Shown in pieces: positions 57,942 to 64,000 of a DNA stretch of 64,000 nucleotides. The DNA is from a bacterium (lineage in GTDB: Bacteria > Bacteroidota > Bacteroidia > B-17B0 > Aurantibacillaceae), in contig JAQSCW010000023.1 of NCBI GenBank assembly GCA_029945625.1, forward strand, positions 83,885 to 147,884. The letters are read 5' to 3'. The position numbers and the translations under genes were made by a program. Numbering within the stretch: position 1 is the stretch's first letter; every line of letters begins with the position of its first letter. Under the pieces are notes generated by a model, which made no database searches, had not been told where the DNA came from, and worked only from the letters and a program-made list of their open reading frames with translations.

Positions 57942-59063
57942 ATGAAAGTACTTTTGTTGTCAGATACCTACAGTGAGCATACCGAAAAGTGGGCACTCGG
58001 ACTAGCGCAAAGAGGGGTAGAGATAGGACTTTTCAGTTTTAATAAGGCAAGTTACGATTGGTATTCTCATGAGAACATCACTGTTTTTTATGAACCCGAA
58101 AACAAGATCAATGCCGAGAGCATGGTCACCAAACTGGCCTACCTCAAGTACGTGGGTATTCTGAAGAAGATTATCAAACACTTTAAGCCCGATGTATTGC
58201 ATGCACATTACGCAACAAGTTATGGCCTCGTGGGAGCTTTGTGTAATTTTCATCCCTTTGTGATTTCGAGCTGGGGCACCGACGTGATGAAGTTTCCAAA
58301 CAAAAATTTTGTAGCAAAATCACTCCTCAAGTATAATTTTAAAAAGGCCGATGCCCTATGTGCGACCTCGCAAACTATTAAAGACTGTATTCAGGATATT
58401 ATACAAAAAGAGGTGTCTATTATTCCTTTCGGTATTGACCTAAATCAATTTTGTCCCACCCCGGTGCAATCACTTTTTGAGGACGAAGATTTTGTGATAG
58501 GAAGCATCAAGCCGCTTGAAACTATTTATAATATTGACGTCTTGATTAGGAGTTTTGCGAATTTGCATAAGAAATACCGTTTTCTGAAATTACTGATAGT
58601 GGGAGAGGGTTCTGAAGAAGCTAAGCTCAAGTTGCTGGTGGAGGAACAGCAACTTTCAAAAAGTGTGGTGTTCACCGGTAGAATTCCCTTTGCCGACGTA
58701 AATAGGTATTATAATATGCTGGATGTGTTGGTGAACATCAGCGAATACGAAAGTTTTGGTGTGTCGGTAGCCGAAGCTATGGCCTGCGGAAAACCGGTGG
58801 TAGTGACCAACGTAGGGGGGCTCAATGAAATAGTGAAGGACAATTCTGTAGGTTTAAAAGTGGAGGTGAGAAACATGGAACAAACTAGTGAAGCCATTGA
58901 ATTGCTCATCAGTGATGAGAAAACCTATCACGAAATTTCTGCGAATGCTCGTAAACATATCAGCGAACATTACAATTGGAAAAACAATTTGGATCAGATG
59001 ATGGCGATTTACACTGATCTTATAGCCAAAAAAGGAAAAGAAATTGATCTTAAAGCAAATTAA
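57942..59063 (+). CDS. Glycosyltransferase family 4 (GT-B)
   Basis: 373 aa. ESFGVSVAEAMACGKPVVVTNVGGLNEIV. Confidence 0.8.
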   Translation: MKVLLLSDTYSEHTEKWALGLAQRGVEIGLFSFNKASYDWYSHENITVFYEPENKINAESMVTKLAYLKYVGILKKIIKHFKPDVLHAHYATSYGLVGALCNFHPFVISSWGTDVMKFPNKNFVAKSLLKYNFKKADALCATSQTIKDCIQDIIQKEVSIIPFGIDLNQFCPTPVQSLFEDEDFVIGSIKPLETIYNIDVLIRSFANLHKKYRFLKLLIVGEGSEEAKLKLLVEEQQLSKSVVFTGRIPFADVNRYYNMLDVLVNISEYESFGVSVAEAMACGKPVVVTNVGGLNEIVKDNSVGLKVEVRNMEQTSEAIELLISDEKTYHEISANARKHISEHYNWKNNLDQMMAIYTDLIAKKGKEIDLKAN

Positions 59064-60003
59064 CATAGAACAATATGCCGAAGCGGCCGAGAAAATCATT
59101 GGCGTTTTCGGGAGTAAGAAATGGTTGTCAGTTTATGGCGACACCCTTACGGCCGTTGGAATATTTAAGGACGAACTTCAGCTCATTGGCGGATTTTACT
59201 TTTTGAAAACAAAAAAATATGGTTTCAATTTTTTGAAATTGCCACCTTATACGCCACATTGTGGTTTGTTTTTTATTTCCGAAAGCACCAACCGATCGTC
59301 GGGAAATAATTTCTCAAAAGAGGTGATTACAGAGGTGTGTAATTATATACAACGTGAAAATGCAGCTCTGGTCGTTTTGGCATTTCCCAGTGCAATTATT
59401 GATTTTCAGCCTTTCATCTGGAACAAATTTAAAGTTATTCCCAATTATACGTACCGTATTGATCTAAAGAGATCGATGGAAGAAATCAAAACTAATTTTG
59501 ATCCTAAAAATAGAAATGTAATCAATAAGGCTCTCAAAGAGCAGGTGACAATACATGAGAATATTTTGGAGGGAACAGAATTAAACCAATTCTTTTTGAC
59601 GTCACTCAGTTCCACCGGAGCCAATATCTACAAAAATGAACTAAAGTCTATTTTTAAAAAATTCTCTTCTAACGAGAACTCTTTTAGTGTAACCGCTAAA
59701 AAAGGTGATGAAATTTTGGGCACGGTATTTTGCGTGCATGACCGGCAAACGTGTTATTATTTGCTTGGGGGACTGAGTAAAGTAACTAAAATTGCCGGCG
59801 TAAATAATCTATTGGTGCAACGAAGCATTGAACTGGCAAAGGAAAAGGCGTGTACAACCTTCGACTTTGAAGGGTCTATGTTGAAAGGAGTTGAAAAGTT
59901 CTTCCGAAGTTTCGGTCCCGAATTAGTACCCTACTATACCGTTAACAAGGCAAAACTGCCCATTGAAATGCTGTTGAAATTTAAGAAAAGAGAGTTGTTT
60001 TGA
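59044..60003 (+). CDS. FemAB/CelD-like GNAT-fold acyl(aminoacyl)transferase
   Basis: 319 aa. FDPKNRNVINKALKE (the RKAEK-type segment), GTVFCVHD..CYYLLGG and AKEKACTTFDFEGS are typical of the FemAB/Acetyltransf_6 family. Apparent TTG start overlapping the upstream gene by 20 nt. Confidence 0.55.
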   Translation: MILKQINIEQYAEAAEKIIGVFGSKKWLSVYGDTLTAVGIFKDELQLIGGFYFLKTKKYGFNFLKLPPYTPHCGLFFISESTNRSSGNNFSKEVITEVCNYIQRENAALVVLAFPSAIIDFQPFIWNKFKVIPNYTYRIDLKRSMEEIKTNFDPKNRNVINKALKEQVTIHENILEGTELNQFFLTSLSSTGANIYKNELKSIFKKFSSNENSFSVTAKKGDEILGTVFCVHDRQTCYYLLGGLSKVTKIAGVNNLLVQRSIELAKEKACTTFDFEGSMLKGVEKFFRSFGPELVPYYTVNKAKLPIEMLLKFKKRELF

Positions 60004-60965
60004 AAATTGAACAAATACATAAGAATTCGGCCGATTTCCAAAAATTGAAGAGTTTTGTTGAGAAGCATCAGCTCACCTTTAATTCAGAGGCATGGTTGCG
60101 AATTTACAACGAACAGTCTATTTTTCAATGTGCCATTTTCAATAACAATAACGATGTAATAGGTTGTTTTATTTATTACCGGTTCCGCAAATCTGTTCTA
60201 AAATTTGTAATTACGCCCCCTTTTGCTCCGGATGTAGAATTGTTTTATATCAATCCCTCCGAGTCGGTTGTGGGGAGAAACTCCTTCGATAAAGAGGTGA
60301 TGACCACTTTGGCGGCCTATTTTGATGCGCTTCACGTGCCGTATCTGAATCTTAATTTTCCGGCAACGGTGATTGACACTCAGCCATTCACCTGGAAAGG
60401 ATACACTGCTAAAACTCGCTATTCTTATCTCATCAATCTCTCTCAAGGTCAGGAAGAACTTCACGCTAATTTATCATCTGAAAAAAGAAAAAGCCTGAAC
60501 AAAGCCGAAAAAGATGGCTTGATAATTCAGCAAACCCGCAATCATGAATTGGTATATTCCCTAATTGTAAAATCGCTGGAGCGGAATCATGTGGCAAAAA
60601 ATCTTTCCATCCTGCGATCCATCCTTTTTGATTTCGCTGATGAAAACAATTCGTTTGCGTTTGTGGCATACCAAAATAATGAGCCCGCCGGTGCCGCGTT
60701 TTGTATCGTTGATGGTCAAAAAGCAGTTTACTTGTTTGGCGGTTTGGAACCCGCAAATAAACACCATGGAGCAGGGGTGTCCTGCATGTGGCAAAGCATT
60801 ATAAAAGCAAAAGAACTTGGATTAAAGTGGTTTGACTTTGAAGGGTCAATGAATGCCTCTATTGAACGATATTTCAGAGAATTTGGGGGCACCCTTACTC
60901 CTTATTTTTGCGTTGAAAAGGTGAGTTGGATGCTAAGACCACTACTTCTTCTTAAAAAACAGTAA
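60000..60965 (+). CDS. FemAB/CelD-like GNAT-fold acyl(aminoacyl)transferase (tandem paralog)
   Basis: 321 aa. LSSEKRKSLNKAEKDGL, AGAAFCIVDGQKAVYLFGG and AKELGLKWFDFEGS. TTG start overlapping the upstream stop by 4 nt. Confidence 0.55.
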   Translation: MKIEQIHKNSADFQKLKSFVEKHQLTFNSEAWLRIYNEQSIFQCAIFNNNNDVIGCFIYYRFRKSVLKFVITPPFAPDVELFYINPSESVVGRNSFDKEVMTTLAAYFDALHVPYLNLNFPATVIDTQPFTWKGYTAKTRYSYLINLSQGQEELHANLSSEKRKSLNKAEKDGLIIQQTRNHELVYSLIVKSLERNHVAKNLSILRSILFDFADENNSFAFVAYQNNEPAGAAFCIVDGQKAVYLFGGLEPANKHHGAGVSCMWQSIIKAKELGLKWFDFEGSMNASIERYFREFGGTLTPYFCVEKVSWMLRPLLLLKKQ

Positions 60966-60989
60966 ATCATTTCTACAAGCCGTAAAAAC

Positions 60990-61811
60990 ATGAAAGCGAT
61001 CATTTCGCACGATATAGACCACATCACAGTTTGGGAGCATCTTTTCAGAGATATGATCATCCCAAAATACATGGCGCGTATGCACATTGAGTTGCTCAGC
61101 GGAAAGATTTCAATGAGAGAGTACACGCTTCGTTGGTCTGATTTTTTTAAAAACAAGTGGCAAAATATCGATGAGTTAATCACCTTTAATAATATTCATC
61201 AGTTACCGTCTTCCTTTTTTATTGCAGTTAATAAAGGAATAGGACTTAATTACGGCAATACTGCCGCAATGTTGTGGATAGAACAGATGAAAAGCAGGAA
61301 CTGCGAATTGGGCCTTCACGGTATTGAATTTGACAATGCCATTAACATGAAACAGGAACGCGATCTTTTTGAGTCATTAACACACCTTCCCCATTTTGGA
61401 ATTCGGATGCACTATGTGCGCAATTCTGATCGCACCTTTCAATTATTACAAGATACAGGATACCGCTATGACAGCACCGAACATTCGTTCCGAAATCCTT
61501 ATAAAATTGGGAGAATGTGGGAATTCCCCTTTCAGATTATGGATGGCTGGGTGATTGAAAATTATAAGAAATGGCAATCTCTCGATCTGGTAAAGGCAAA
61601 AGAGAATACGCTAAAATTGATCGACAAGGCCGTTGACCAAAAACTGGAATATCTGGGTATTGACTTTCATGACCGGTATTTTTCCCACTCATTTAAGACC
61701 TGGCTCGATTGGTACGTTTGGCTGATTGAGTATTTGAAAGCAAATTCTATTGATTTTGTGAATTTTCACACGGCCATTGGGGAAATGGAGGCTATTGGCG
61801 ACTCTCACTAA
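60990..61811 (+). CDS. Putative polysaccharide deacetylase-like (CE4-fold?) protein
   Basis: 273 aa. N-terminal ISHDIDH (Asp-rich, TFDD-like position), ELGLHGIEF (His motif) and GIRMHYVR. The assignment is tentative. Confidence 0.4.
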   Translation: MKAIISHDIDHITVWEHLFRDMIIPKYMARMHIELLSGKISMREYTLRWSDFFKNKWQNIDELITFNNIHQLPSSFFIAVNKGIGLNYGNTAAMLWIEQMKSRNCELGLHGIEFDNAINMKQERDLFESLTHLPHFGIRMHYVRNSDRTFQLLQDTGYRYDSTEHSFRNPYKIGRMWEFPFQIMDGWVIENYKKWQSLDLVKAKENTLKLIDKAVDQKLEYLGIDFHDRYFSHSFKTWLDWYVWLIEYLKANSIDFVNFHTAIGEMEAIGDSH

Positions 61812-62010
61812 CTACCTAGTCGACCCTCAAAAACTCCAAAAGTCTTATCAATATTGAATCATTAACGAAAACACTAAGGACTTAGAATGGAGAAAAGTTA
61901 AATGATGGGAACTAAAGCTGGCAGATATTTATAAGTGTATTATTAAAAATCCTAGCTATTTGAAATTTTTACAAAAGGCGATTTCGCGCCAGGGACACGC
62001 AGGGGTAGTT

Positions 62011-62034
62011 CTTTTCGGCCTTTTCGGCCGAAAA
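62011..62034. repeat. Perfect tandem 9-mer doublet that also forms a 9-bp hairpin
   Basis: CTTTTCGGC is repeated twice (62011-62028). TTTTCGGCC (62012-62020) pairs with GGCCGAAAA (62026-62034). Confidence 0.85.
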
Positions 62035-62105
62035 AACCGTAGCGAAGCGGAGCCCGAAGTGGCCCGCTCGGGCGCCCAAGAAAAAAAAGACTTTTTGAGG
62101 TTCGA

Positions 62106-62669
62106 CTACCTAACCGATTTCCTGAGCCACTTTTCAATCTTTCGGCAATTTGGTTTTTTCCAAGAAACGACATAGTCCACCAGATGTCCGTTCTCATCAA
62201 TCATGTATTTTTGAAAGTTCCATCGCACCTTTGAATTCATTACGCCATTCTGCGATTTGGTGGTGAGCCATTTGTAGAGGGGATGTATGCCTTCGCCTAT
62301 TACTGTTATTTTTTCCATCATTGGAAATTTTACCCCATAATTCCGCTCACAAAAGGAACTAATCTCCTCATTTGTCCCCGGTTCCTGTTTGCCAAAGTCG
62401 TTAGACGGAAAGCCAATGATCACAAAATTATGTTCTTTGTATTTTTCATACAATTCCTCCAGTTGTTTGTATTGCGGTGTAAAGCCACATTTGCTGGCAG
62501 TATTCACGATGAGTATTTTTTTTCCCCGAAACGTGCTCAGGTCCACTCGCTCGCCGTCAATACTCCGCACTGTAAAATCATGAATACTGCTGCTCGGCTG
62601 GCCCTTTGTGAGCAATGGCAAGCCTAAAAAGTTGAATAGTATCACTATTGAGAAGATTTTTTGTATCAA
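62106..62669 (-). CDS. Glutathione peroxidase family protein (Cys type), secreted
   Basis: 187 aa. NTASKCGFTPQY active-site motif, FPSNDFGKQEPG and WNFQKY. N-terminal signal-like segment. Apparent TTG start. Confidence 0.85.
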   Translation of the reverse strand: MIQKIFSIVILFNFLGLPLLTKGQPSSSIHDFTVRSIDGERVDLSTFRGKKILIVNTASKCGFTPQYKQLEELYEKYKEHNFVIIGFPSNDFGKQEPGTNEEISSFCERNYGVKFPMMEKITVIGEGIHPLYKWLTTKSQNGVMNSKVRWNFQKYMIDENGHLVDYVVSWKKPNCRKIEKWLRKSVR

Positions 62670-62710
62670 ACGAATGTTTAAATTTAGCGTAAATATCTGA
62701 TTCGGTACAC

Positions 62711-63139
62711 ATGAACATTTGGAACGGTGATATCACCACAGACCTTTTAAATAATCTCAGCAAGAACACGTTGGCAGAGTATATAGGCATTAAATTTACC
62801 GAGGTGGGCGAGGATGAGCTCATCGCCACGATGCCGGTTACCGACAAAACCAAACAGCCTTTTAACATGCTGCATGGAGGTGCTAACGTAGCTTTGGCCG
62901 AAACTATTGGCAGCGTGGCAAGTTGGTGTGCCATAAACCGAGAGTTTTTTATCGGTGTAGGAGTGGAAATTAATGCTAACCATATTAAACCCGTATCGGA
63001 GGGTTCTGTCACAGGCATCTGCAAACCGCTTAAGATTGGGGGAAAAATTCATATCTGGGAAATCAAGATCTACGATCATACCAATGAACTGTCATGCATT
63101 TGCCGTTTTACCTGCATGATCGTTCCAAAAAAGAAGTAA
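62711..63139 (+). CDS. PaaI/YbdB-type hotdog thioesterase
   Basis: 142 aa. NMLHGGANVALAETIGS motif and the PaaI-family layout. Confidence 0.8.
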   Translation: MNIWNGDITTDLLNNLSKNTLAEYIGIKFTEVGEDELIATMPVTDKTKQPFNMLHGGANVALAETIGSVASWCAINREFFIGVGVEINANHIKPVSEGSVTGICKPLKIGGKIHIWEIKIYDHTNELSCICRFTCMIVPKKK

Positions 63140-63224
63140 ACCCCCGCTAAAGTAGTTTCTATAATATTGCTTTGTGTTTAAGAAAATAACATTATTTTTG
63201 CCTTTGTCATTTAATTTACACCTT

Positions 63225-64000
63225 ATGTTTGTAACGAAAAAATTAACAGTAATTGGAATTTCCGTTTTTTTATTGGGCGCTTGCGGTGGCCATAAAGAAG
63301 CCGAAACCGGCGAAGAGGGAGCTGTTGTTGAAGGATCAAAAGATAGCGCAGCGGTGGCCGTTGCCGATACCACGGCATTTAAATTTGATTTTGCGATTGC
63401 CAATGTGCCCTCTCCCGCAAATACGATTCAAAATTATGTGAAATGGGGCGTTTCGTACGACAATTCTATTTTAAACAGTCCTAAAAAGGCAGATAGTTAC
63501 AATACGGAATACTTAAAAAGTATTAATCTGGGGGTGTATAACATTGATATGGCCTATGCCATGGCAAGCAATTCGGGTGCGGACGTGTTGCAGTACATGA
63601 AGAGTATTTTAATGATTAGTGATGGTTTAGGATTGAAAGGTGCAGTGGATAAGATGGTGGGCAAACGAGCAGAGTCTAACATGAATAACCAAGATAGTTT
63701 GTTTGCCATCCTCGACGAGATTATGGTGAGAAGTGATTTTTACCTGCGCTCGAACGAACGTTTGTATACGGCCGCCAACATACTGGCTGGTTGCTGGGTA
63801 GAAAGTCTTTATTTGAATTGCAAAATAGGTGATCGGATTAGCGATTCAGGCAATAAGGATTTGGCAAAAAAACGTCTGTGGGACCAACGTTTTCATCTCG
63901 GAAATCTTCTCAATCTTTTGGGAGATTATAAAGACAAAAAAGATTGTGCCGAATTGATCGCCAAACTTAAGCCTATACACGAAGAAATTACCGCCGTGAA
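63225..64000 (+). CDS. Lipoprotein, function unknown (3' end beyond window)
   Basis: Not in the ORF track because there is no stop in the window. I translated it by hand from the ATG at 63225: MFVTKKLTVIGISVFLLGAC (lipobox LLGAC), and the frame stays open to nt 64000. Confidence 0.6.
   Translation, partial: MFVTKKLTVIGISVFLLGACGGHKEAETGEEGAVVEGSKDSAAVAVADTTAFKFDFAIANVPSPANTIQNYVKWGVSYDNSILNSPKKADSYNTEYLKSINLGVYNIDMAYAMASNSGADVLQYMKSILMISDGLGLKGAVDKMVGKRAESNMNNQDSLFAILDEIMVRSDFYLRSNERLYTAANILAGCWVESLYLNCKIGDRISDSGNKDLAKKRLWDQRFHLGNLLNLLGDYKDKKDCAELIAKLKPIHEEITAV

Noticed and set aside
62012-62034. 9-bp perfect hairpin as an intrinsic terminator
   Set aside because: The T-run lies upstream and the A-run downstream on the plus strand. 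On the minus strand the hairpin is also not followed by a U-tract. Neither orientation fits a canonical terminator.
61952-62200. 82-aa (minus) and 71-aa (plus, 61960-62175) ORFs in the gap after the deacetylase-like gene
   Set aside because: They overlap each other on opposite strands and run through GC-rich doubled-word repeats. The minus ORF also overlaps the 3' end of the glutathione peroxidase gene. No motifs.
1-64000. Mobile elements, prophage, defence islands, tRNA/rRNA genes
   Set aside because: I looked for transposase or integrase-like ORFs, terminal inverted repeats flanking genes, tRNA-like GGTTCGAAT motifs and known defence-gene signatures (RT, nucleases, STAND/SIR2/TIR). None had any support. 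The DUF4143 ATPase, short SSBs and RadC sit close together, but they have no accompanying mobility or nuclease genes, so I do not call them a system.

Overview
This looks like a chromosomal segment of a Bacteroidota bacterium. I infer that from T9SS type A and type B C-terminal sorting domains, a PorP/SprF gene, TAnnTTTG-type promoter boxes and A-rich leaders without Shine-Dalgarno sequences. I call about 62 protein genes and one RNA gene. The first 35 kb is mixed housekeeping and accessory: saccharopine dehydrogenase, cyclophilin, an RlmI-like methyltransferase, a PhaJ-PhaB pair, two tandem POT peptide transporters, a DUF4143 ATPase, two tandem tail-less SSBs, an MFS transporter, RadC and WecB. 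It also holds a T9SS cargo trio (about 15-module PKD adhesin with type B CTD, PorE-like TPR/beta-propeller protein, PorP/SprF), RNase P RNA on the minus strand under a spurious 143-aa ORF, NUDIX, PyrE, SIMPL, hotdog thioesterases, a T9SS-secreted PNGase F-like protein and UvrA. From 35.9 to 61.8 kb there is one very large glycan-biosynthesis locus. It contains a phosphoglycosyl transferase, a Wzx flippase, two Wzy/O-antigen-ligase-like membrane proteins, a Wzm/Wzt ABC exporter, at least 14 glycosyltransferase domains including a GT11 fucosyltransferase and a GT2-GT4 fusion, and two methyltransferases (a third, family-3 O-methyltransferase lies just outside at 34502-35137). It ends with two tandem FemAB/CelD-like acyltransferases and a deacetylase-like gene. 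I found no transposase, integrase, tRNA, CRISPR array, toxin-antitoxin pair or recognisable defence genes, so I cannot point to a clear-cut new system. Four things are worth follow-up: (1) the glycan locus mixes two export routes and carries a FemAB-FemAB-deacetylase tail; (2) intergenic doubled-word and tandem repeats recur across the window, including a 73-79 bp x3 array beside a triply nested hairpin at 28.15-28.56 kb; (3) the tail-less SSB pair; (4) the PorE-like gene without an OmpA domain in the type B CTD cargo trio. All family assignments come from reading motifs by eye, with no database search, and coordinates of non-CDS features are approximate.
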